This document shows, piece after piece, positions 45,982 through 56,078 of a DNA stretch of 64,000 nucleotides. The translations under genes and the position numbers were made by a program. The stretch is taken from contig CBDCPI010000008.1 of assembly GCA_965220245.1 (NCBI GenBank), positions 198,412-262,411 on the forward strand. The letters run 5' to 3'. Below the pieces are notes generated by a model. The model was not told the DNA's origin, did not search any database, and was given only the letters and a program-made list of their open reading frames with translations. Origin of the DNA: Dehalococcoidia bacterium. Lineage in GTDB: Bacteria > Chloroflexota > Dehalococcoidia > Lucifugimonadales > UBA3495. Numbering within the stretch: the stretch's first letter is position 1; each line of letters opens with the position of its first letter.

Positions 45982-46761
45982 CTATTCCGGTTGTCGTTGG
46001 CGGAGCTGTTTGCGGAGTCGCCGCAATTCGGCTTCGGCAGCGTCAGCGCGGCTTTCAGCGGACCGGCGGGCGGCCCGTTCCGCTTCAAGAGCGGCCCGTT
46101 CTTGTCGCCAGTTGTCGAGGTAGGTCCCGGTGGCCGGGTCGTAGAACCGGGGCCAGCCCTCGTCCCAGCACAGGCTGAGTTTCAGCACTTCGCTGTATCC
46201 CTTGAGGATGCCGTCGGGTTCGGTGGTTAGCTCTACAAGCTGATACGCGCCGCCCACCAGCCGTCCGCCGAACAGCGGCTCCCCGTGGTACTGGCCGCCG
46301 GTGGGGTCAAAGCGCCAGTATTCGGGAACGCCGATTCGGGCGTAGATAGCGGGTTTCCGGTTGACATCCTGCGGCCCGGTGCTTTCCGAGGCCACCTCCA
46401 GTGCCCAGTCCGGCGGCTTGCCCACTTCCCAAGGCAAGTAGAGCTTGCGCGGGCGGATGGCCTCGGCGTCAACCCCGAAGGCTAGGTACAAGTCCGGGGC
46501 GATGCGGACATTGAGGTCGCGCCGGTCGTAGCAGATGTAAGTCTCGCGGCTGAGGAAGATGTCGGGCCGGCTGCCGAACCCGGTGAAGCGGGAAAGGAGG
46601 ATGCTGAGGATTTCATCCATTTCGTCGTTTTGTTCCATGGAGTCAACCGGCGGTTCTGCTACGTCGGGGTTGAAGTCCAGTCCGGCATAGTCGATTTCCC
46701 CTTGTCGGCGATAGGGCAACATGGTGAACGTGGTGGCATTGCTAACCATTGAGGGCCTCAA
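45982..46761 (-). CDS. Uma2-family (DUF820) endonuclease with C-terminal coiled-coil tail
   Basis: 259 aa with PD-(D/E)xK-like blocks APDLYLAFGV and PPDWALEVASEST, plus GVPEYWRFDP. Confidence 0.75.
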   Translation of the reverse strand: MRPSMVSNATTFTMLPYRRQGEIDYAGLDFNPDVAEPPVDSMEQNDEMDEILSILLSRFTGFGSRPDIFLSRETYICYDRRDLNVRIAPDLYLAFGVDAEAIRPRKLYLPWEVGKPPDWALEVASESTGPQDVNRKPAIYARIGVPEYWRFDPTGGQYHGEPLFGGRLVGGAYQLVELTTEPDGILKGYSEVLKLSLCWDEGWPRFYDPATGTYLDNWRQERAALEAERAARRSAESRADAAEAELRRLRKQLRQRQPE

Positions 46762-46907
46762 ATCGGCAGCGGTGTATTTCGCGCACTATGTCCCAAGCGT
46801 CAATTCAAGAAATGTTAAACGTTCTGTCGGCACGATTCAATTGGCATCCGTCCTGAAAGTCTCCAAATCCGGCAAACCCTGATACAGACGAAGAATCACC
46901 CCCGGCT

Positions 46908-47045
46908 TCAGCGCCGGAACAAGCCGTTGCCCACCGTTGGATCAAAATAGCTGTTGGGGAAGGTCAGCCGCAAAGACGGGTACTTCTCCCCCTCTTCGTC
47001 CGGGTACTCGTGATAGGGAAACTCGCTAAAGTAGTAGACTTTCAT
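46908..47045 (-). pseudogene. N-terminal fragment of an LLM-class (luciferase-like) flavin monooxygenase
   Basis: The 45-codon [48 protein letters not shown] looks like the first ~45 residues of ~330-aa LLM oxidoreductases. Its ATG overlaps the higA TGA (ATGA). Confidence 0.5.
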
Positions 47046-47617
47046 CTATCTGATTGCTCCTCAATTCCGGCCAGTTCCCGCAACTCCGGCAAGTCCGGGC
47101 GCGGGAACGGCTCGATCTTACTCAACGTTTCCGCCTCGGCCTGGGCGGCGTGATACAAGTCCCAAGCCATTTGCAGGTTCATCCAGAACCCCACCGACAT
47201 GCCGAGATACTTGGTGAGGCGCAGCGCAATGGCTGGCGTGACCCGGCGGCGCTCATTGATAATCTCGTTGACCTGCCGGTAGGGCAAGTGGATAGCGTCG
47301 GCCAGTTGCCGCTGCGTTATCCCCAGGGGCCTCAAAAATTCCTCAAGGAGCATCTCGCCGGGAGAAGTCGGCGGGCGGTATTTGGGAATAGCGCCCACGT
47401 AACCGAGATAATAATATGGGTCTTTCGTTTCGCCCGATTGCTTCGGCGGGTAGCCGGTGAAAATTTCAATATCGCCAACCCGGACATAGGGGTGAAGGGG
47501 TATAAAGCTTTTTTCGTTGGGTTCTTGCGATTCAGTTGTGTCAGCCGTGGTAGTCGACAATTTCCACTCCCTCAGCGCCTGCATCGGTCCACCGGAACAC
47601 GATGCGCCACTGGTCAT
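47042..47617 (-). CDS. higA: HigA-type antitoxin (XRE HTH) with unusual ~90-aa N-terminal extension
   Basis: The C-terminal 100 aa read [65 protein letters not shown]. The true start is uncertain. The track ORF overlaps higB by 77 nt. Confidence 0.7.
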   Translation of the reverse strand: MTSGASCSGGPMQALREWKLSTTTADTTESQEPNEKSFIPLHPYVRVGDIEIFTGYPPKQSGETKDPYYYLGYVGAIPKYRPPTSPGEMLLEEFLRPLGITQRQLADAIHLPYRQVNEIINERRRVTPAIALRLTKYLGMSVGFWMNLQMAWDLYHAAQAEAETLSKIEPFPRPDLPELRELAGIEEQSDR

Positions 47618-47837
47618 TGATTCGGATGCTGTGCCAGCCTTCCAGCCTGCCGTGCAACGCTTCCAGGCGATTCCCTCGCGGCTCTAGCAGCCAATTTAAT
47701 TCGGTTGCCCGGTGCAGCGCGTCCAGTTTACGGAGGGCTACCGGCCAAATGGCCGAAGGGCAGGTACGCCTGGCTGCGGGAGTGTTCGATCCCTGCAATA
47801 TATCCGCAGTTCCCTGGCCTCCGAACCCGACAATCAC
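47541..47837 (-). CDS. higB: HigB-type toxin (plasmid maintenance system killer family)
   Basis: 98 aa with the motif [30 protein letters not shown]. Confidence 0.8.
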   Translation of the reverse strand: MIVGFGGQGTADILQGSNTPAARRTCPSAIWPVALRKLDALHRATELNWLLEPRGNRLEALHGRLEGWHSIRINDQWRIVFRWTDAGAEGVEIVDYHG

Positions 47838-47880
47838 TCAAACAGGATACCACTGCTGCCATGCTACCGCTGTGCTGCGC

Positions 47881-48849
47881 TCACTCGAACCGCAGCTCCA
47901 CGGTGTCGACGGGCACGCCGAGTTTCCCCAGAAGAAATCGGGCCAACTCAACACAACGTTTTGCGTTCCAGTTTGCCTCCACAAATAGCCCGGTGGAAGT
48001 CTTGTGAGAATTCTTGAAGTTTGTCCCGCCTTTATGCGCTGCCGAAAGGGCTACGAGATATCGAGTCTTTGTTACTGCTATTGGGCCTTCCTGGCTGGTT
48101 AGTTTTCCTTCCTGGCAAAGCCATTCAGCAGTTTCGATCAGTGTCCGATTCCATGCAGTAATTGTAAGAGGGGGGCCCTGGTTAAATCTGATTGCGCTTG
48201 GAGGCCGTTTGCCTTTCTCAGGATTAACTTGAGAGATAGGCATCCAGCCCGACTTGCTGGGCAGAGGAGGTTCCGGCTTGACTTGGCTGTCCGGCACGGG
48301 TCCGGGGGGATGTGACGGTGGACTATCAACTGGAGGAGGGACTGATATGGGTTCATTTGCCCGAGTGGGTTGGCCGGTAGCCAGGTTGGGCCGCCAAAGC
48401 AGCAGAAGTTCCAGCGTGCAGTGGTGGGAAGTAGCTTCCACAATGCTCAGTTGCAGAATACGGCGCTCGTCCAGGGGTTTCTGCTGGAACACTTCGTACA
48501 GTTCCCAATGGTCGCCGTTGGTCAACCCGGCAAAGGCAACACCCACCGCGTTGGAGTAGTTGAGCATTTGCAGTCGGTGAGGCGCCAACGCCTCGCCCAG
48601 CTTTTTCGCCTCGATTAAGGCCGCGGGTTTGCCGTCGGGCGCCACCAGGGCATAGTCGGCTCGGCCGTGAGCGGCGGCGTACTCCGGGAGTACCAAAGCC
48701 GGGTCGGAGGTGTCCCACCCCAAGGCAGCCAGCATAGGGTCAACCAACGCCATGCGGGTTCGTGTCTCGTTCTCGCGCAAGGCCGTCCCGTGAGCGGCGA
48801 TGCGCTCCTTGAGCGTCTCGATTACTCTTACCAAATCGTCCAACAACAT
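47881..48849 (-). CDS. HsdR-N-terminal-like (PD-(D/E)xK) domain protein with Pro-rich linker and unknown C-terminal domain
   Basis: 322 aa. The N-terminal part reads NETRTRMALVDPMLAALGWD...GRADYALV...AALIEAKKLG. It is followed by the linker PPPVDSPPSHPPGPVPDSQVKPEPPLP and a ~130-aa domain I cannot assign. Confidence 0.55.
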   Translation of the reverse strand: MLLDDLVRVIETLKERIAAHGTALRENETRTRMALVDPMLAALGWDTSDPALVLPEYAAAHGRADYALVAPDGKPAALIEAKKLGEALAPHRLQMLNYSNAVGVAFAGLTNGDHWELYEVFQQKPLDERRILQLSIVEATSHHCTLELLLLWRPNLATGQPTRANEPISVPPPVDSPPSHPPGPVPDSQVKPEPPLPSKSGWMPISQVNPEKGKRPPSAIRFNQGPPLTITAWNRTLIETAEWLCQEGKLTSQEGPIAVTKTRYLVALSAAHKGGTNFKNSHKTSTGLFVEANWNAKRCVELARFLLGKLGVPVDTVELRFE

Positions 48850-48875
48850 GCGGCCTCTATTTGCCAGTGTTTCGG

Positions 48876-49685
48876 TTACCCCAGCAATTCATCCACCGTA
48901 AGGCGTATTTCAGGCAAGGCTTGGATGTTTAGCGTGTCGCCGCGCTGGTACCGCGTGACTTCCCGGTACCCTTCGGGCGTGGGGCCGCGGTAGACTTCGA
49001 CTGCTTCTCCGTTAATATCGATAAGCCACGTTTCGGGGATGCCGTTGTTGGCGTAATACGGCAACTTCACTCTACGGTCCGATCGTATCGTGGTGTCTGA
49101 TACCTCTACTATCAGCAAAACGTCGGCCGGCTCGGGATGCCGGGAGCGGTAGGAGCCTTCCCGTCTCCGGAGCAACATTAAGTCCGGCTCCGGCTCGCCG
49201 CTATCCCTCAGACGGACCGGGCCTTGCACCCGAACTCTTGCCATCGTTGAGAACCTGGTGACGAACAACTCGGTGATGGTGTCTACATTCTCTTGGTGAG
49301 GACTTCCGATTGGAGGCATTAGCACGATCTCCCCGTCTATCAACTCCACCCTATCGTCTTCCGTCAGGATGCCTGCTTCCCCCATAGCGTGGTATTCGTC
49401 AACCGTGTACTTGTGAATACAAGCATCCACCTCCTCCGACAGGTCCTCCATTTCATTCAAAAAGCGGGTTATACCACCCTTGAGCGCAGGGTGGGAGCGG
49501 TTCCTTACCAGAGGAGCCCGGTCCCACACCACGCCGTCCAGCAATTCCTCCCCGTGTCCCCAAGGCAGGATTCCAACCTCTGCCATCTTGAAATACTGGT
49601 CCACGTTGAACTTGTAGCGCATGATTTCCGTTTGTTTGGTTTCGTCGTCCATGTCCCGCCTCCCTCCGGGATGTGTAGCCCTCAC
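48876..49685 (-). CDS. Uma2-family (DUF820) endonuclease
   Basis: 269 aa with YTVDEYHAMGEAGIL..DDRVELIDGEIV, PEPDLMLL, LLIVEVSDTT and GIPETWLIDI. An extra partial N-terminal repeat of the first motif is present. Confidence 0.75.
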   Translation of the reverse strand: MRATHPGGRRDMDDETKQTEIMRYKFNVDQYFKMAEVGILPWGHGEELLDGVVWDRAPLVRNRSHPALKGGITRFLNEMEDLSEEVDACIHKYTVDEYHAMGEAGILTEDDRVELIDGEIVLMPPIGSPHQENVDTITELFVTRFSTMARVRVQGPVRLRDSGEPEPDLMLLRRREGSYRSRHPEPADVLLIVEVSDTTIRSDRRVKLPYYANNGIPETWLIDINGEAVEVYRGPTPEGYREVTRYQRGDTLNIQALPEIRLTVDELLG

Positions 49686-49689
49686 TGGT

Positions 49690-51594
<1,905 letters not shown>

Positions 51595-51608
51595 GGCAGT
51601 TCTCCTTA

Positions 51609-51803
51609 TTATTGCCTTCCGATTTCCGGGACCGATAGGTTGCGGCAGATTTTACGGGCCAGCACGTTTTTAATCTCGGTATGCCGTGGTATGGCTTCAA
51701 CTTCTCCAGTGGCGGGGTTTGTCCACAAAGCATGAGAGCGTCCTTGCCGCAGAAGTTCACAGACGTTGCGCCGGAGATGACGAAGCAAAGAAGTCAGCTT
51801 CAA
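51609..51803 (-). CDS. hicA: HicA-family toxin
   Basis: 64 aa with LRQGRSHALWTNPATGEVEAIPRHTEIKNVLARKICRNL. Confidence 0.65.
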   Translation of the reverse strand: MKLTSLLRHLRRNVCELLRQGRSHALWTNPATGEVEAIPRHTEIKNVLARKICRNLSVPEIGRQ

Positions 51804-51815
51804 AAGAAATCAGCT

Positions 51816-52064
51816 TCATACGATATAGTAGATTCCGTCGGGGAGGGCGTCCGGGAGGACTATGGTTTCGGGGTTGATGCCGTAGGGGACGCCCCGCATC
51901 CCGCTTTCGCGGCGGTGGTGAAGGATGAGGGCTATAGCTTCGGCCAAGTTGGTGCGGCATTCGTCCTTGGTCTTACCCTGGCCATTGGCGCCGGGGATTT
52001 CAAGGCAGTAGGCTATGTACCAGTCGTCGTCCTGTTCAAAAATCGCAGTGAATTCATTGTGCAT
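51816..52064 (-). CDS. hicB: HicB-family (UPF0150) antitoxin
   Basis: 82 aa with FTAIFEQDDDWYIAYCLEIPGANGQGKTKDECRTNLAEAI. Confidence 0.65.
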   Translation of the reverse strand: MHNEFTAIFEQDDDWYIAYCLEIPGANGQGKTKDECRTNLAEAIALILHHRRESGMRGVPYGINPETIVLPDALPDGIYYIV

Positions 52065-52308
52065 TGACTCGTCCTCCCTGCGTTTGCCAGTCTACAGGTC
52101 GGCCAACTCCCTTGGATTACGTCGTATTACGTCCGTTGCTGTCGTGTCTGCCCTATTCTAAACCCGCCATCAGATGGCAACAAGAAACGCAGAGTTCCTC
52201 TGGTTGACCCTCAAAAGGGCGTATCTTACAATCTGCGTGAGCTTGGGCCGGCCCGGTCCAATCGCTCAAAAATCGTTGCAAAACCGTCAAAGCTGGCCAG
52301 GAGGACGT

Positions 52309-53139
52309 ATGACGATTTCAGAGGGGTTTGCCCACCCGGAATACTTGGTGGACGCCGAGTGGGTTGACGCCCATAAAGACGATACCAACGTGGTCATTAT
52401 TGATTGCGACGTGGACGCCGGGTACAACCGGGGCCACATACCCGGCGCGGCCTTGGTGCCGGACAATTTCGAGAAGAACCCGGACACCAATCGAGTCCAC
52501 CTTATGAACCCCGAGCAGTTTACCGCCATGTGCCAAGGGTTGGGGATTGGCGACGACTCCCTGGTGATCACCTATGACAACGGCCAAAGCCTGACGGCGG
52601 CCCGGCTGTGGTGGGCCCTTAATACCTACGGCCACTCCGAGGTCAAGGTGCTGGACGGCGGCTGGCGGCGCTGGGTAAGCGAGGGCCGGCCCGTAAGCTT
52701 CGGCCGGCCCAAGCCCCCTTCCGGGGCCAGCTTCACTGCTAAGTCCGATGAGTCGATGTTGGTCAAGGTGGACGAGCTCAAGGCCGCTTGTGATATGTCC
52801 GATGCGGTCATCTGGGACGTGCGCAGCGACGGAGAATGGGACGGCAGCCAAAGCCGGAACAACAAGCGGCTGGGCCACATCCCCGGCGCAATCCACTTGG
52901 AGTGGTTCAACGTCATGGACCGGGAGACGCACTGCTTCAAGTCGCCCGGCGAAATCCGCCGCGTACTAGCTGAGGCGGGGATTACCCCGGAAAAGAAAGT
53001 CTACACTTATTGACAGGGGGGCATCCGTGCGGCGCACGGTGTATTCGTACTGAAGCTTCTCGGCTATGGCGAGACCAAGAACTATGATGCCTCTATGGGG
53101 GAGTGGGCCAACCGGGACGACACTCCTATGACAGTCTAA
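52309..53139 (+). CDS. two-domain rhodanese (thiosulfate/3-mercaptopyruvate sulfurtransferase type) with in-frame TGA at the catalytic Cys position (candidate selenocysteine)
   Basis: ATG 52309 is preceded by GGAGGA. The ORF stops at TGA 53011-53013 within ...KKVYTY-TGA-QGGIRAAHGVFVLKLLGYGETKNYDASMGEWANRDDTPMTV-TAA (53137-53139). The same frame continues with the conserved active-site loop and C-terminus. Confidence 0.6.
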
Positions 53140-53289
53140 ACTAAAGCCAAGGTGAAATGTACATATCGCCAGAACGCCCTGTCGGTGCCCACCAGGTTGG
53201 GGCCTAAGGGTGATATGAGGTGCCGTAGAGTCCTTTCGATCCTCGTCAAAACCCCCGAAATGCACATCCCACCTTGGTATTGGTTTAGT
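53136..53289. repeat. 154-bp MITE-like repeat, copy B
   Basis: 153/154 nt are identical to 7155-7308. Its first bases contain the TAA stop of the rhodanese gene. Confidence 0.85.
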
Positions 53290-53335
53290 ACCGGAGCTTT
53301 ACCTAACCAATACAGAAATTGATCAGGAGGACGTC

Positions 53336-53626
53336 ATGCCCGCTTGGGTTTTTGGCGCGATTCAAAGCATTAGCGACCCCGCCGGATTTGCCGCGTATCA
53401 AGGCGCGGCCGGCCCTACCATCGCCAAACACGGCGGGAAAATCATCGCTGCCGGAAACAAGATAGAGGTTGCCGACGGCAACTGGATGCCGGTTGGAGTC
53501 GTCGTGCTCGAGTTCGAGAATCTGGAGAAGGCCAAGAGTTGGTATAACTCGTCGGACTACAACCCGTTGGTGTCCCGGCGGACCGCTTCTAGCGACGCTA
53601 GCATGGTCTTCGTTGACGGGGGCTAA
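53336..53626 (+). CDS. DUF1330 protein
   Basis: 96 aa with the pattern Y..AAGPTIAKHGGKIIA.G........G.W.P.GVVVLEFENLEKAKSWYNSSDY. Confidence 0.7.
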   Translation: MPAWVFGAIQSISDPAGFAAYQGAAGPTIAKHGGKIIAAGNKIEVADGNWMPVGVVVLEFENLEKAKSWYNSSDYNPLVSRRTASSDASMVFVDGG

Positions 53627-53632
53627 GGCAAC

Positions 53633-54769
53633 TTATTCCCGCAGCAACTGCCTGGCTATCGTTTGTCGCTGGATCTCCGAGGCGCCTTCATAGATGGTGA
53701 GGGCCCGTACCTCCCGGTATAGCCGCTCAATCCGGCTCCCCTTCTCCAGACCGGCGCCGCCGTGAATCTGGAGGGACTCGTTCACGATGCGGGACGCCGC
53801 CTCGGTGGCGAAGAGTTTGGCAAAGGAAGCCTCTTTAATCACCATCTCTTGCCCCGAGTCCTTCAGCCAAGCGGCCCGGTGCGACAGAAGGCGGGCCGCA
53901 TCCAGAGACACGGCCATATCCGCCAGCTTGAACTGGGTAGCCTGGAAATCGCTAAGTTGCTGCCCAAACATGGTCCGGCCCTTGGCGTAGGCCAAGGCCG
54001 CTTCGTAGGCCGCTTGCCCCATACCCACTGCGGCGGCGGCTACGGTGGTGCGGAAGGTGTCCAGGGTCCCTAGGGCCAGCCGCAAACCCTGTCCCCGTTC
54101 CCCAATCAAGCTCCCTTGGGTCACGCGGCAGTCGTCGAAGACCGGTTCCCCGATGGGGTGAGCCGCCATCAAGTCCATGCGCCGGGAGTCGTCGAAGCCC
54201 GGCGTCCCCTGCTCGACGATGAACGCCGATAGGCTGCGGCTGCCAGCCTCGGGGTCGGTCTTAGCGAAGACGGTATAGGTCTGCGCGTCACCCGCTTGGG
54301 AGATGAACTTCTTGCGGCCGTTCAGCACCCAGTCGTCGCCGTCCGGGACCGCCTGAGTGGTCATGCTCAGCACGTCGGAGCCGCCGTGGGGCTCGGTGAG
54401 GGCAAAGGCGGCGATGGCCTCGCCGTTGGCGATGGCGGGCAGGTAGCGCTGTTTCTGCTCGGAAGTGCCGCCCAAGGTAATGGGGTAGCTGCCCAAGCCT
54501 TGCATGATGAAGTTGGTATCTGCTTGGGCCGACACCCGGGCCAGTTCCTCCCGCACGATACACAGGTCCATCACCCGGACGCCGTAGCCGCCGTACTCCT
54601 GCGGCACGGTGTAACGCAACAAGCCCGACTCGGCCAGCACAGCCATCAACCCTTGATGCACCCGGCTGGACTCGTCGGCTTCCTCGGCGATAGGCGCGAT
54701 GCGTTCCTCGGCCAACCGGCGGACGTGGGTTTTTAAGGCCTGCTGTTCGGTCGAAAGGCTAAAGTCCAT
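53633..54769 (-). CDS. acyl-CoA dehydrogenase
   Basis: 378 aa with ALTEPHGGSDV, QIHGGAGLEKGSRIERLYREVRALTIYEGASEIQ. Confidence 0.9.
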   Translation of the reverse strand: MDFSLSTEQQALKTHVRRLAEERIAPIAEEADESSRVHQGLMAVLAESGLLRYTVPQEYGGYGVRVMDLCIVREELARVSAQADTNFIMQGLGSYPITLGGTSEQKQRYLPAIANGEAIAAFALTEPHGGSDVLSMTTQAVPDGDDWVLNGRKKFISQAGDAQTYTVFAKTDPEAGSRSLSAFIVEQGTPGFDDSRRMDLMAAHPIGEPVFDDCRVTQGSLIGERGQGLRLALGTLDTFRTTVAAAAVGMGQAAYEAALAYAKGRTMFGQQLSDFQATQFKLADMAVSLDAARLLSHRAAWLKDSGQEMVIKEASFAKLFATEAASRIVNESLQIHGGAGLEKGSRIERLYREVRALTIYEGASEIQRQTIARQLLRE

Positions 54770-55331
54770 GAGTCTCCTTTAGATTGGGAGCCTGTGACCA
54801 AATCTTGCCCCTTCTCCTGAGGGAGAAGGTCGGGATGAGGGTGGAATGCCTGGGCACATATAAGTTAGGCGTCACCGCCAAACGGCCCTAACCCTCACCC
54901 TCTCCCCGCTGACAGGGGTAGGTAAAAGATGAAACAAGGATAGGAACTTGGAAAGCGCACGGGTTTCTGGCATCTTTTTGGTGTCAAACAGAAAGGTAGC
55001 CAGAGGTTCGCGATGCGTCTCCCATCTGAATGTTACCAGATGCAACAGACGGTAGAACACTACCTGCCGCACCTCACCCGGTCTCAGGTCAGGGGACTGG
55101 CGCCCTGGGTCTATGGGACCATACTGGCCGAGAGCGGCTGCCAGAACGCCGTGGTCACGGCCCTTTTGGCGGTGGGCCGTTGGAACAACCTGCGCCAGCA
55201 CCTCCGGGAGTGGCTGTACAACGGGCGCGACCGCGCCAGCCCCTGCCGGGCGCAACTGGAGGTGAGGCGGTGCTTTGTTCCGCTGTTGAGATGGCTGCTG
55301 GCATGGTGGCAGCCGGACCGGCTGGCGCTGG

Positions 55332-55396
55332 CGATAGACCCAACCGATAGACCCAACCGATAGACCCAACCGATAGACCCAACCGATAGACCCAAC
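55332..55396. repeat. tandem repeat (CGATAGACCCAAC)x5
   Basis: Five perfect 13-nt units sit inside the IS4 transposase frame. The 52 extra nt shift the frame by +1. Confidence 0.95.
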
Positions 55397-56078
55397 GATG
55401 AAGGGGGCCCAGATAAACTCTATCGTCATAAGCGTGGTCCACCGCAGTTGCGCTATTCCGGTGGCCTGGCACATCCTGCCGGCCAACAAACCCGGGCAGT
55501 GGGTAGCGTCGGCGGTGAGTCTGCTGAAGTTGCTGTCCGAAGCGGTCCCGCCGGACATGACGGTGCTGGTAATGACTGACCGCGGTCTGAGGAGTCCGCG
55601 GCTGTGGGAGCAGATACGCGCTCTGTGGGGTGGCATCCTTACATGCGTCAATCGGTCAACACCGTGTTCTGCCCTGAAGGAGGGACCCGCCTGCCAGCGC
55701 GAGCGCTGGTACCGGGACCCGGGCACGCATATGTTGGGTCCGGGACGGCTTTCCGGGACCGCAGCAAGCGCCGCCGTGAGACGATGATTGTGGTCTGGGA
55801 CATCCGCCAGGACGAGCCGTGGGTGGTGATGGCCAGCGTCCCGCCGGATGCCGCAGGAGCGTGCTGGTATGGGCTTCGCTTCTGGATAGAACCGGGCTTC
55901 AAGGCGCTGAAGAGCGTTGGGTGGCAATGGCAGAAGACTCGAAGGACTGACCCGGAACGGGTCTCCGGGCATTGGCTGGTATTGTCCGTGGCGACGCTGT
56001 GGGCGCTGGCATACGGGACCCGAGCCGAAGACGCCAACGGCCTGGGCATACCCCCCGGCCGCCTCCGGAAGCCTCCTA

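Noticed and set aside
53011-53013. Genome-wide UGA reassignment (to Trp or Gly) was considered as an explanation for the in-frame TGA in the rhodanese.
   Set aside because: Many well-defined genes in this window terminate at TGA at the position expected from family length (atpG, obg, higA, gcvPA). Known UGA-recoded lineages are low-GC.
54872-55972. 366-aa minus-strand ORF across the IS4-like element.
   Set aside because: It is antisense to recognisable transposase fragments on the plus strand. It runs through the 13-bp tandem repeat, producing the repetitive peptide VYRLGLSVGSIGW.
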